Shown: positions 54,934 to 64,000 of the stretch, piece by piece
Layout: every line of letters begins with the position of its first letter
Position numbering within the stretch: position 1 is the first letter of the stretch
Virus record (IMG/VR): IMGVR_UViG_3300032102_000006
Reading direction: 5' to 3' (one strand)
DNA: 64,000 bases
Source of the DNA: a virus
The notes under the pieces: model-generated
Told to the model about the DNA's origin: nothing
The model's input: the letters and a program-made list of their open reading frames with translations, nothing else
Database searches by the model: none
Translations under genes and position numbers: made by a program

Positions 54934-55628
54934 TTTAGCTCACGGCCTGTTGGCAATTCTTCTTCACCGCTGGCAGCATCAGCTCCGCCAAATTCGTCGC
55001 CTCCTAGCCCTTGCTCTGCGCCTAATGCGTCTAGATCGCCGGTGGCGTCTGCACCCATCTCAGCACCTGGCATAGCTGCCGGGGCTTCGCCACTCAGGAT
55101 GCCTTGAGCATTGCTTAGTGCATCTTTTCCAGCTTTAACTGCATCCAATAGCGTAGTAAAAGCTGCGTCGGCTGCATCGTTAAACTGCTGTCCAACGTCT
55201 TGACCAAATTCAACTTTAATTTTTTCAACTAAAGGCATTAGATCGTCGGTTTGCATTTGTGCAACATCTTCGGCCATCTTTTGTAGCTCTTCAACCATGT
55301 TCTTAGCAACTAAAATAAGTTCTGCTTGAGCTAGGTTTTCGCCGTTAGATTCATTTACGCGGCGTGGGCTACGCATTGGTGCAATTTCTTTTAGAACGTG
55401 CTTAAGCGCTTCGATAATCATTGTGTTTTTAACAAAACGACTGTCGTTTTCATAACCGCGAACGCTAGAAGCCATTGACTGGTTTTCATTTACCAATTTA
55501 GCAATAAGCGATTGCACTTGAGCTGCGTCACCGCGAGCTTGTAATTTTAAGCCAAATTGGCTGTTTAAAAAGTTTTCAACTACACGCTTTTTGCGCTGAG
55601 CTGGATTAAAAATTTCAGAGGTGTTCAT
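54930..55628 (-). CDS. Putative prohead core/scaffold-like protein
   Basis: Helical, acidic Gly/Ala tail, late promoter. Confidence 0.55.
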   Translation of the reverse strand: MNTSEIFNPAQRKKRVVENFLNSQFGLKLQARGDAAQVQSLIAKLVNENQSMASSVRGYENDSRFVKNTMIIEALKHVLKEIAPMRSPRRVNESNGENLAQAELILVAKNMVEELQKMAEDVAQMQTDDLMPLVEKIKVEFGQDVGQQFNDAADAAFTTLLDAVKAGKDALSNAQGILSGEAPAAMPGAEMGADATGDLDALGAEQGLGGDEFGGADAASGEEELPTGRELK

Positions 55629-55651
55629 AACAGTATCCTTTATTTTATTTA

Positions 55652-56149
55652 TCAATATGTTTTAGATAATCGAGTTTTAATTTCTTCTAATCGAAAGATG
55701 CTATCCTGCAAACGTGCTGCTAGCAATATCTTTTTGTCTAGATCAGCAGTATTCAGCTTTGCTTTATAGAATTTTATATTTTCCAAGCAGCGATAGTATT
55801 CTTGGTCAGCACGATATATTTGTAGATCTTTACACGTTGTCTGCTTGTTTAGTTGGAAAACAATATGCAAAGCACTTATAAGTAAGGCAATTTTAGTATA
55901 AACTGGTTCATTAGATATCAAATCTACTACGCTGTAGTCATTTTTGTTATTGATAACCAATGCCCAGCGTTTATAAAATACCAAGCAATTTTCGCGATCT
56001 TCTGCTAACGATAACATACCTAATATAGTTTTTGGTATAGCATTATCAAGTAATGCACTTACTTTTTTGGTTAGCTTATCGGGATTTACATTACCTATCG
56101 AATAATTTGTAGGCAACTGTTTGCGTTTGTTCATCGTAAATTCTATCAA
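55652..56149 (-). CDS. Hypothetical protein (start uncertain)
   Basis: ORF in gene run. Confidence 0.6.
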   Translation of the reverse strand: MIEFTMNKRKQLPTNYSIGNVNPDKLTKKVSALLDNAIPKTILGMLSLAEDRENCLVFYKRWALVINNKNDYSVVDLISNEPVYTKIALLISALHIVFQLNKQTTCKDLQIYRADQEYYRCLENIKFYKAKLNTADLDKKILLAARLQDSIFRLEEIKTRLSKTY

Positions 56150-56306
56150 TAATTCCCAAGCCTGTCATTTGCTCTGCAAGGCGTTGATGTCGCTCGCTTA
56201 GTTCAGTGCGAGCGATGCTGGGCTGTTCTTTGATTATATCAACTACTTCTTTTTGCTCACGAGTAAGCATATAACGAAGTCCGTTAAATAGTTCCGCTAT
56301 TTTCAT
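56091..56306 (-). CDS. Hypothetical protein
   Basis: Starts MKIAELF by ATGA overlap. Confidence 0.65.
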   Translation of the reverse strand: MKIAELFNGLRYMLTREQKEVVDIIKEQPSIARTELSERHQRLAEQMTGLGIIDRIYDEQTQTVAYKLFDR

Positions 56307-56695
56307 TTGGAACTCTTTCTCCAATCTGTGCTGGCTACAGGGCTCTTACTGCCAATGTCTTTGCGTTCTTGGCTCTTTTTAGTTAATGCAATACTTTTAA
56401 CGCCCATTAGCTTATCGGCTTGTTTGATCATTTCTACTTCTTCGTCGCTATACGCTATCATGCCAAAGTTCTCGGCCCAAGTAGATTCTTGTTCGAAATT
56501 TTCATCTTGCATTGCTGCGGCTGCGGCTAATGCTTGCCCGTAGCGACATTGCATGTAAGTATCCGTGTTTCGTAGTTGCGGTTCTATTCTGGCATTAGGC
56601 AACGCTGGGTCTATTTCTCCGCGAGTAGTTCCCAAGTCTTTTGCCTTGCCGATAAATCCGTGATATGATTCAGACACAATGTCGCGAACCCTCAT
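56303..56695 (-). CDS. Hypothetical protein
   Basis: Starts MRVRDIVSE. Confidence 0.7.
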   Translation of the reverse strand: MRVRDIVSESYHGFIGKAKDLGTTRGEIDPALPNARIEPQLRNTDTYMQCRYGQALAAAAAMQDENFEQESTWAENFGMIAYSDEEVEMIKQADKLMGVKSIALTKKSQERKDIGSKSPVASTDWRKSSK

Positions 56696-57126
56696 CGCTT
56701 CATCCTTTGCAATAAACTTTGTATTTGTTTTACTTCTGGACGATTTTGATTTGCAGGATCGTTTAATAAATCATCTGCATCTTCTTCGCCCGAGGCTTGT
56801 TGTCCGTTGGGATTAGTAGGCTTGCCTGCGATACTAGGAGTAGGACCAATTGGTTTGATTGGTTTAAACCCAGAGGGTCGATTTGCAGTAGGAACATTAC
56901 TGTATTCGTTTGTAATAGATTCTTCTTGGGATGCTGCAAAACGGCTATCATACTTACCGAGTATATCTCTTGCCTTGTTTAGCTCATCCTTACCAACATA
57001 AGTGATAATATCCAACACCTCTGTAAATTTTAATTTACTACTGATAGCTGCAATATCGGCATCTGTCATATCCCCGCTAGGATCTACAAATCTTATTACA
57101 TCTTTTAAACTACGATCGTCTGCCAT
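56692..57126 (-). CDS. Hypothetical protein
   Basis: Coupled ORF. Confidence 0.7.
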   Translation of the reverse strand: MADDRSLKDVIRFVDPSGDMTDADIAAISSKLKFTEVLDIITYVGKDELNKARDILGKYDSRFAASQEESITNEYSNVPTANRPSGFKPIKPIGPTPSIAGKPTNPNGQQASGEEDADDLLNDPANQNRPEVKQIQSLLQRMKR

Positions 57127-57129
57127 ATA

Positions 57130-57429
57130 TTACCTCTTGTTTGCTGTTTTATTCATTGTCTTTAATCTCTTACTTAGCGGATTAAATTGTTTTGTTCTAC
57201 GTGCTTTTCTAACTATTTTAGCATTGAAGCGTTTTCTAATTCGCTTCATTTTAAATCTTTTCTTTACGTCGATTGCCTTGCTGCATGCACCAACGCTAGC
57301 AACAGTACGACCTTTTTTCTTACCGCTAGTGCATCGAATCATACGCTTGAGTTTTTTGCCGCGTTTAGCCCAGACACGCTTGGCCTCGGTAACTGTTTCT
57401 TCGCCTATGATTTCGAATTCTTCTGTCAT
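57130..57429 (-). CDS. Highly basic protein (possible prohead core)
   Basis: Acidic N-terminus then Lys/Arg-rich body. Confidence 0.65.
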   Translation of the reverse strand: MTEEFEIIGEETVTEAKRVWAKRGKKLKRMIRCTSGKKKGRTVASVGACSKAIDVKKRFKMKRIRKRFNAKIVRKARRTKQFNPLSKRLKTMNKTANKR

Positions 57430-57430
57430 A

Positions 57431-57730
57431 TCAGTGCAGTGGTAAGCGGCTAATTACATAAGCTAGTGCGCTAATTAAAGCAGCAACAATCGTAGCACTG
57501 CCAGCAACTATAGCTTTAAATCTATTATCACTTCCTTTTTGGATGAGCTCTTTAATCTCTTCCATATCTTCTTGTTGCTTAGTTTTCATAGAAGCAACTT
57601 CTTCGCTGAGTTTTTCCAGACGAACTTCTAATACATCAAATTTGTCTTCCAAACGACGGTACCTTTCAGAGCATAACGTTACATGAGCATCTAAGCTCGT
57701 TTTTTCTATATCATGAACAATATCAGACAC
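57431..57730 (-). CDS. Coiled-coil protein with C-terminal TM helix
   Basis: SLDAHVTLC.ERY; hydrophobic C-terminus. Confidence 0.7.
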   Translation of the reverse strand: MSDIVHDIEKTSLDAHVTLCSERYRRLEDKFDVLEVRLEKLSEEVASMKTKQQEDMEEIKELIQKGSDNRFKAIVAGSATIVAALISALAYVISRLPLH

Positions 57731-57818
57731 AACAAATTCCTCCTTTAATAAATGTTGTTGTTTTTATATGAGCCTTGTTGTGTGCCAAAATGTGAGCCAA
57801 AATAGTTTGTAGTATTTA

Positions 57819-58262
57819 TCAAAGGTTGTCGTTGCGGACAAAATACACGTTTAGTTGATCAGCTGCTGCTGTATCAAAAACGGTTGTATCAAATGTTGCT
57901 GTTTCTTCTAGATCGTCATAAACAGGTAATCCGTCTATGTCTCGAACTAGAGATTCAACTGTAATTGTTCCTGCTCGCTCGCTAGCAAAACGTAAAATCC
58001 AAAGATTATGATTGCCAGTAAAATCTGTACCAAATTCAAAGTCGGCTAGATCTGCTGCTGTTAGTTTTTCTACACTGGTTAAAATAGGCTGGCTACCTAA
58101 ACTGATTGCTTGCAATAGTGCATTTAGGTTCTGTGCTTGTTCGTAATTAGTGCCGGCGGCTGGATCATATACTCCTGTGTCAGAAATATCTACTAGAGTA
58201 TAACAAGTAAAATACTCTATATTACCGCCGATGTATTCACCTGTTCTTGCTGTTGCTTGCAT
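57819..58262 (-). CDS. Hypothetical (possible virion) protein
   Basis: SD and late promoter. Confidence 0.65.
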   Translation of the reverse strand: MQATARTGEYIGGNIEYFTCYTLVDISDTGVYDPAAGTNYEQAQNLNALLQAISLGSQPILTSVEKLTAADLADFEFGTDFTGNHNLWILRFASERAGTITVESLVRDIDGLPVYDDLEETATFDTTVFDTAAADQLNVYFVRNDNL

Positions 58263-58353
58263 AATTAAATTCCTTTGTTGTATTTATTATCAAAAGAAAA
58301 ACCGCAGGACAAAATGTCACTGCGGCTTCCCATCCCGTGTTAGGGCTTACTGA

Positions 58354-58665
58354 TTAGAATGCAAAATCAGCAACTTCAGTACCACTTAGGTCGTCGCCGT
58401 TAACAGTACCTAAAGCAACGATAGCTGCTTCTAGATCACCTGCTGTCCATGCGCTTGGCTCGCAAGCAACACGGAAACCACCAGCGGCAACTTCACCGAT
58501 AATGAAAGTAGTTGCTTTAGTTTGGACAACTTGGACAACTGCTTCTAACGCTGTGTTAGGTAAACCAACATCACCGCTTAGATCTACTGCTGTAGATACT
58601 GTAAAATATGCTAATGTAGGTGCTCCGAAAACACCTGGGCGTACGCCACCATTTACTCTTGCCAT
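58354..58665 (-). CDS. Putative virion/decoration protein
   Basis: Ala/Gly/Val-rich, AGGAG SD, late promoter, hairpin downstream. Confidence 0.6.
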   Translation of the reverse strand: MARVNGGVRPGVFGAPTLAYFTVSTAVDLSGDVGLPNTALEAVVQVVQTKATTFIIGEVAAGGFRVACEPSAWTAGDLEAAIVALGTVNGDDLSGTEVADFAF

Positions 58666-58707
58666 AATATGACTCCTTTGATCTTTCGAAACGTTTGTTT
58701 CTTACTT

Positions 58708-59472
58708 TTATTTATCTTCTTTAGGTCCAAATAGGCGTTTACCTAGGTGATATCCGCCAAATAATGCTGCTGCCGGAGCAACGCTTGATATAAATCCAGG
58801 CTTACTTGTACCTAAACCTAAATTTGCAAGTTCAGCATCAATCGGACCACGAAGTTCATAACCTTTTGTCTTTCCTAGATCTTCTAAGAAGACTGATAAT
58901 TCGCTACGTTTAGCAAATCTCTTATAAAACTGCAACATTCTTGTCACAGCTAAACTACGCTGCATTGTATTTAAGCCTTGCCAGTCTTGAATTAGGCGGC
59001 GCAAACTGCGTAATTTACTATCTGTTATATTCAATTGCTTTTCTAAACGTAATAGTAAAACTCCCGCGCCGGTGCTTGTTAAATCACCGTCTGCCAGTAA
59101 TTCTAAGTAGCGTTTAACTGTTGGCAAATTTACAGAAACTTTAGAACGAAGAATTGCATCTGCTTCTGGATTCTGCGCTATCTTTTTTGCAAATACACTA
59201 GCAGGATCACTCAAAATATTCAAACTTACATACAAATCAGTTCCACTCAACCTTGCTTTTGCAAAGTTTCTAAAGCTAATAGTCTTGTCAGCATAACGTG
59301 CAGCTATAGGCGCAGTTTCGTATTCATTGTGTAAAACAAATAATGTTAGCAAATCTAAAAAGGCAAAGTCACTAACACTACGTAAATTTAAGCTGCGAAT
59401 GCTGGCTAAATTTCTATACTGTCGACTTTCAATCATCAAGTCCCATGCTTCAGAGTCTTCAAATTGTTCCAT
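58708..59472 (-). CDS. Hypothetical protein
   Basis: 254 aa ORF. Confidence 0.7.
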   Translation of the reverse strand: MEQFEDSEAWDLMIESRQYRNLASIRSLNLRSVSDFAFLDLLTLFVLHNEYETAPIAARYADKTISFRNFAKARLSGTDLYVSLNILSDPASVFAKKIAQNPEADAILRSKVSVNLPTVKRYLELLADGDLTSTGAGVLLLRLEKQLNITDSKLRSLRRLIQDWQGLNTMQRSLAVTRMLQFYKRFAKRSELSVFLEDLGKTKGYELRGPIDAELANLGLGTSKPGFISSVAPAAALFGGYHLGKRLFGPKEDK

Positions 59473-59719
59473 GTTTTGCTTCTTTAATTTGCTTTATACC
59501 ACGACGGAATTTCATTTCATCCCCTGTTTTTAAGCTGTTAAACAATCTCTTGAGTAGATCGTCACTTTGCTCTTTGGTAAAGTTTTCTTGTATGTATTCT
59601 ACAAGATATCGTGTGCTGGCAATGACATTTACTGCTTTGTTTTCAACAAAACTTTCCTTGTCGCGCTGGGGCACAATGTTGGTAATTTCTTCTAAAAGTG
59701 ATCTAGTTTGCTTACGCAC
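59459..59719 (-). CDS. Hypothetical protein
   Basis: GTG start with AGGA SD. Confidence 0.7.
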   Translation of the reverse strand: MRKQTRSLLEEITNIVPQRDKESFVENKAVNVIASTRYLVEYIQENFTKEQSDDLLKRLFNSLKTGDEMKFRRGIKQIKEAKHGTI

Positions 59720-59722
59720 AGT

Positions 59723-60169
59723 CTAATTCCTTATAAGGTATTTATCGCTATTTGTTATTAACGTATTACCAAATCTAATCATTTCGTCTAGTTGAGCAAG
59801 ATCCATTTTATAACAAATATTAGCAAGGTCTCGAAATTTAATGTGAGAATCGAATGCCAAGGCATGCATCATATTTTCCTTAACTGTTGCCCATTCTAAA
59901 TTTTTTACATCGTTATCGTGTCTGATTTTATTCTTATGATTAACTACTAATTGATCAACACCAGGTTCGGGTAAAAAAACTTCTGCTACCAATCTATGAA
60001 CATAACTGGTGTACTTTTTATTACCGTCTGATAAGCAGACTAATAGATACCCGCCAGCTGTACACGACTGTTTTAACATCTTTATTTTATTATATCTCGT
60101 AGACCTAACTTTACCAGTATTGCTAATTTCATAATGCGGAATTCTTTTAAGTGTTTTCCACTCTTCCAT
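59723..60169 (-). mobile_element. NUMOD4-HNH homing endonuclease
   Basis: EEWK..YEISNTGKVRS, VHRLVA, VNHKN..DN..NLEW...EN. Confidence 0.9.
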
Positions 60170-60197
60170 AGTTTGCTCCTGTAATTATTTACACAAA

Positions 60198-60211
60198 TAT
60201 TTATATAAATA
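60198..60211. promoter_or_regulatory. Back-to-back late promoters
   Basis: Palindrome TATTTATATAAATA gives TATAAATA on both strands between divergent genes. Confidence 0.65.
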
Positions 60212-60261
60212 ATTTAAAAGAGTATCAAAAACGATAAATAACTTTAACATTGGAGCAAATT

Positions 60262-60735
60262 ATGCAAAGTACAAGATTTGATATGGGAGCGGTTATGAAC
60301 AAGCTCCGCAGTATCGCCGAAGCTGGTCCCGAAGACCATCAATCTACACCACATCACGATCCTGGTATGGAAGTGGGCGGAAACGAAATTGATAACGCTA
60401 GTTTCACTAGAACCATGCAGCGTCTTAGCGCTATTAAGGATGCTGTAGCAGAAGATCATTTTAATGCGTTAAGAGCAGGTGTTCGTGCATTATACATGAA
60501 CCGTCGTCCTAACCTACAACAAATGACAGCTCTTATGGATTTATTAGAAACTGTATTGAGTTATGTTGCAGAAGACAATGCGTTATTCCAGCGTTTAAAA
60601 GGCGATCTAGCTAAAGATAAGCAAGCTGCTGCTAACCCATCAAACACTGCTGCACCAGCAGGACCTGAAGTAGGAGCACCTAGCACTGCTGCACCAGTAG
60701 CCCCTACGGCTAGCATGAGAGACTTAAAGGCTTAA
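60262..60735 (+). CDS. Hypothetical protein
   Basis: GGAG SD, GATAAATA promoter. Confidence 0.7.
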   Translation: MQSTRFDMGAVMNKLRSIAEAGPEDHQSTPHHDPGMEVGGNEIDNASFTRTMQRLSAIKDAVAEDHFNALRAGVRALYMNRRPNLQQMTALMDLLETVLSYVAEDNALFQRLKGDLAKDKQAAANPSNTAAPAGPEVGAPSTAAPVAPTASMRDLKA

Positions 60736-62207
60736 ACCTTTTTCAAAATACTAGCAAGTTTGCTATTCGGAGAGTCCATGGTTCTAATCGTGGACTCTTT
60801 TTTGTCTCCTGTTTGTACAGGTTTATCCCATGCATGAGTCCCGCCTGTAGGCTTGGCCCATGGTGCTTTACTAACATCCAATGGACCTGAGTTATCCGAC
60901 TTTTCCATTTCTGCCTTGCGCTTTAGTTTATCGTGTAATACATCAACTGTAGTAGGTGCTTCGGGGGAATCTTCATCTAAGTCAGAGATACGCAAAGTTG
61001 CAGTGTCAAAGAATAACTCTACTTTAGTACCCACTGCACTAGAGCTACGAGTTTTCATAAACTGGACCTGGACCCGCTGGCGTTCGCGCATAGTAATACT
61101 GTTAAAGATACCAATCACGTTGTCGGCAGTTTGGATCTTTGATAAGCCGCCGCTAATGTGACTGTGATCGAACTCAACACTTTCCACAGCACCTCGGTTC
61201 AACTGGCTAGCTGTACAGAATAAGTACTGCCCTTGTGTCGCCATTGCTCTAAGTTCTTCAGATACTAGCTTATCTTTAATAAACAAGTCAGCAACACTAA
61301 TCTTTTGACCAGCAGGCATCATCAAGTCCAAGTAGTCTACAATAACAAAGTCAATTTTTTTACCAGACTGAATTTGAAATTCTTTTAACCAGCTTTTCAA
61401 GTCATTGACAGTTACACCTGCTGTTAGCTGAACGATTTGAATTTTGCCCGAGCTCTTGCCTTTCATGCCGACTTTCATTACAACTTCGTCGATGTTTTTG
61501 TAAATATCTTTAGACTCGACTCCAGTTACCATACTATCCATACGTTTAGCACAAAGCCCTTCTGCAAGTTCGAGACTAAAGTAAACGCCGTTAAGTCCTA
61601 GTTGACTCCAATTCAATGCTAGATTCTGCAAGAACAAGCTCTTGCCTGCACCCGAACCTCCGGCAAAGATATTAAGCTCGCCTCTATTAAATCCACCGTA
61701 AAGTGCATAGTCGATACTTTTCCAACCAGTACTTGTGCCACCGTTGGCGTTTTTCAAATCCATCAAACGTGCATAAGGGTCTGCGTAGTAGTCTGTACCA
61801 AAACTCTTTGGCAAACCCACACTGCTGGCTTCTTTGATTAAGCGTTCGACTTCTCCATAGCGTTGCTTATCTAATAAGTCTGCACTTTTGAGAATAGCTT
61901 TTTCCAGCGCCTTGTGTCTAGCAAACTGTTCAAACTCTGTTAAGAACCAATCCTTATGACTGCTTGTTTCGCCAGGTACCTTTTTTAACTCAGTGCCAGT
62001 AACTGCTGTTATTTGCTCTGTCGTAGGACAATCGCTATACTTGTTAGCATAGTCCTTGATAAACTTTGCAGTTTCCTGCAGGCTACGAGTAAAGTGACTA
62101 TCATCTAAAACGTTTTGACAACGACTTAATAGTTCTCTATCGCTAACTAAAAACTCTAAAAACAATTTTTGTAAATCTGCACTATACTCTTTTATTTCTT
62201 CACTCAT
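60732..62207 (-). CDS. Replicative DnaB-like helicase (T4 gp41-like)
   Basis: STGW, GGSGAGKS, SLEL, VDYLDL, TASQLNR. Confidence 0.93.
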   Translation of the reverse strand: MSEEIKEYSADLQKLFLEFLVSDRELLSRCQNVLDDSHFTRSLQETAKFIKDYANKYSDCPTTEQITAVTGTELKKVPGETSSHKDWFLTEFEQFARHKALEKAILKSADLLDKQRYGEVERLIKEASSVGLPKSFGTDYYADPYARLMDLKNANGGTSTGWKSIDYALYGGFNRGELNIFAGGSGAGKSLFLQNLALNWSQLGLNGVYFSLELAEGLCAKRMDSMVTGVESKDIYKNIDEVVMKVGMKGKSSGKIQIVQLTAGVTVNDLKSWLKEFQIQSGKKIDFVIVDYLDLMMPAGQKISVADLFIKDKLVSEELRAMATQGQYLFCTASQLNRGAVESVEFDHSHISGGLSKIQTADNVIGIFNSITMRERQRVQVQFMKTRSSSAVGTKVELFFDTATLRISDLDEDSPEAPTTVDVLHDKLKRKAEMEKSDNSGPLDVSKAPWAKPTGGTHAWDKPVQTGDKKESTIRTMDSPNSKLASILKKV

Positions 62208-63181
62208 TGACAATATTTCTTTCCTAACAATCTTATCTTAGTTGGACTATGCTCCGCCGCTTGCAATATGCTGTATACTGCAAAAAGTCTTCCATATTTC
62301 TTAACCGCATCTGTCATGTCTTTACAACCCTCCCATTCGGGAAAACTTGCACTCCACCCATAGTCAGCAGCTCGCTCTACTAAGTCCCGTCCCGATCTGT
62401 CAGCATCCGGCAACAGTATCGGTTCTATATTTAAATCTTCTATTAGCTGTACTTGGCGGTTGCTTATATTATTGCTACCTAAAGCCAATCCACCAGTTAG
62501 CAGGGCATCGAATTCTCCCTCTGTTATTATAACATACTGCCTAGATTCCTGTTGCCTGTCTAATCCAAATACATAGTCAGCTGGTGACTTTTTATAATAC
62601 TTGGCAAGGTTTTCCGGCACTGTGCCAACATACCTACTTTGATATCCAACAATTTTGTTATCATAGGTAAATGGCAATATCGCACGTTTATGCAGGCCTG
62701 CATAACGTTCATCTGTTTCTAGCCATGTTGCGAGTTCGTAAATACCCCGGTCTTGCAAATAGGCAATTTTATCAGGGCTAGTCAACTGCCTAACTTCAAA
62801 GCCAAAATCAAATTCAGGCCAAGTAGGTGTCCAAGCTGGCTCTGGTTCACGTTGTATTAAATTTTCAACGTCTGCTTGACTTAGAAGTTCTAATCCCAAA
62901 CGTTGTACTTCTGCTTCATCAAAACCCAGTTGTCGCAACAACTTACGCATTTTAAAGCTAAGTGTTCTCCCGGGACTCCAGCTGGTTTTGTAATCGCAGT
63001 TAAAACAATGATAACTAACTGCGCCGTCTGGATTAAACAATAATCCTCCGCGGCGCTTAGTATCGTTTCTGCTTTGGCCATTGACTGCACACATTGGGCA
63101 GTTAAAACTTACCCAACCCTTGGGACTAGGTTTGCCTGTTATTCTGCTGCGTAATAATGTTTGTAAGGCAAACATAGTCAT
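62204..63181 (-). CDS. DNA primase (zinc finger + TOPRIM)
   Basis: CPMC..YHCFNC, EGEFDA, DAD..G, KD. Confidence 0.88.
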   Translation of the reverse strand: MTMFALQTLLRSRITGKPSPKGWVSFNCPMCAVNGQSRNDTKRRGGLLFNPDGAVSYHCFNCDYKTSWSPGRTLSFKMRKLLRQLGFDEAEVQRLGLELLSQADVENLIQREPEPAWTPTWPEFDFGFEVRQLTSPDKIAYLQDRGIYELATWLETDERYAGLHKRAILPFTYDNKIVGYQSRYVGTVPENLAKYYKKSPADYVFGLDRQQESRQYVIITEGEFDALLTGGLALGSNNISNRQVQLIEDLNIEPILLPDADRSGRDLVERAADYGWSASFPEWEGCKDMTDAVKKYGRLFAVYSILQAAEHSPTKIRLLGKKYCQ

Positions 63182-63450
63182 TTAAGTTGTTCTTCTGTAA
63201 AGCCTAGTCGTAATAATACATCCTTAGCTTTTTTGTTTATTTTTGTCGAAGGATCGTATTTCGCTTTGTAATTGCATTCGAAGCAATTATATCTAAAAAC
63301 GCCTGCATCATCTACTGATACTCCAGCCTTTTTCTTTTTAAAAGACTTAGTACCATACCCCGGACACATGTGACAGTAAATGGTTAACCATTTACCAGGT
63401 TGCATGGTTGTATGTAGTTTTGTTTGTAATAATTGTAGTAAGGCTGACAT
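63178..63450 (-). CDS. Stand-alone primase-type zinc-binding domain
   Basis: W...CHMC...YNCFECNYK...LGF, parallels the primase N-terminus. Confidence 0.75.
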   Translation of the reverse strand: MSALLQLLQTKLHTTMQPGKWLTIYCHMCPGYGTKSFKKKKAGVSVDDAGVFRYNCFECNYKAKYDPSTKINKKAKDVLLRLGFTEEQLK

Positions 63451-63462
63451 AGCCTTTGTATT

Positions 63463-64000
63463 TTAACTTCTGTAAAGTACTTTGTCAACTGTGCCAGTGT
63501 TCGAACTATCAGGAGTATAGATGATTCTTATCCAACGAGCATCTACTGCGAAATTCCAGCCTTGTACGTCTGTTGCATTGTCAAACCTGATGCTAGTACT
63601 ACCGTCTAAAAATCGGCAAACGAAATAAGAATCACGGGCTTCGCTATATTCTAAACAAGCAATAGCTCTAAACGATCCGGTAAATCCAGTGACTTTGATC
63701 TGTATAGTGTGCAATAAGCTAGTATCGTTAAACTGCATATTACCTCTAAGTGGCTGACTAACCCACTGACCGTCTTGTTCAGTAAATACTACTTCTACAC
63801 TTGGAATGAATTTTGGATATGCGCCATCACATATTTCCAATTCCATTGTAGCCCGGCGATTGTGATCAGTGAACAAACTTCTGGCAATGCCGTCTGTTTC
63901 ATATATCACTGCACTAATTTGATAAAAGCCCGGGGCTAGTTGTTCGATATCACTGGCAAAGATTGTCACTTCGCAGTAGCCGTTTTCTGCTTGTATTTTC
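63463..64000 (-). CDS. Hypothetical (possible virion) protein, C-terminal part
   Basis: Frame is open to the window end. Confidence 0.65.
   Translation of the reverse strand, partial: KIQAENGYCEVTIFASDIEQLAPGFYQISAVIYETDGIARSLFTDHNRRATMELEICDGAYPKFIPSVEVVFTEQDGQWVSQPLRGNMQFNDTSLLHTIQIKVTGFTGSFRAIACLEYSEARDSYFVCRFLDGSTSIRFDNATDVQGWNFAVDARWIRIIYTPDSSNTGTVDKVLYRS

Noticed and set aside
59717-59725. TAG read-through fusing the HNH nuclease to the next ORF
   Set aside because: In frame, but a one-in-three coincidence; the downstream gene has its own GATAAATA promoter and SD.
1-64000. Many short + strand ORFs in the track (e.g. 430-648, 29012-29548, 33835-34275)
   Set aside because: They lie antisense to well-supported - strand genes and show no recognisable motifs; treated as shadow ORFs.
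1-64000. Wholesale TAG reassignment (genetic code 15)
   Set aside because: Long genes, including structural ones, are intact under the standard code; only isolated TAGs look suspicious.

Overview
A 64 kb segment of a large, distantly T4-like (jumbo) lytic phage genome, almost all encoded on the - strand. A proteobacterial, probably betaproteobacterial, host is inferred from the OmpA and IscA/IscU sequences. 1-17 kb: small accessory genes behind seven copies of a sigma70 promoter/leader cassette, including a tandem array of about 22 paralogous 55-135 aa genes ending in F-x-L-[KR]-W. 17-21 kb: translation/proteostasis genes (clpX, infC, rpsU, hsp20, clpS). 22-38 kb: three radical SAM enzymes, NAD salvage (NAMPT, NadM-Nudix), rubrerythrin/rubredoxin, outer-membrane proteins and a tRNA with a CUA (amber) anticodon. 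40-41 kb: smpB followed by a circularly permuted two-piece tmRNA (tag ANSDVYELAA). 44-54 kb: PAAR, glutaredoxin, nrdB, iscA, an interrupted iscU and a split nrdA with homing endonucleases. 54-64 kb: probable head genes, helicase and primase. Most striking: (i) iscU is interrupted at Gly38 by GGC-UAG-ACUA-GGC directly behind a roughly 20-bp hairpin, the layout of a programmed translational bypass; (ii) an amber tRNA occurs together with in-frame UAG codons in otherwise intact genes; (iii) the permuted tmRNA; (iv) the two NrdA halves carry oppositely charged tails; (v) both NAD-salvage transcripts share a leader hairpin. All calls come from reading the sequence by eye; no searches or folding programs were run.
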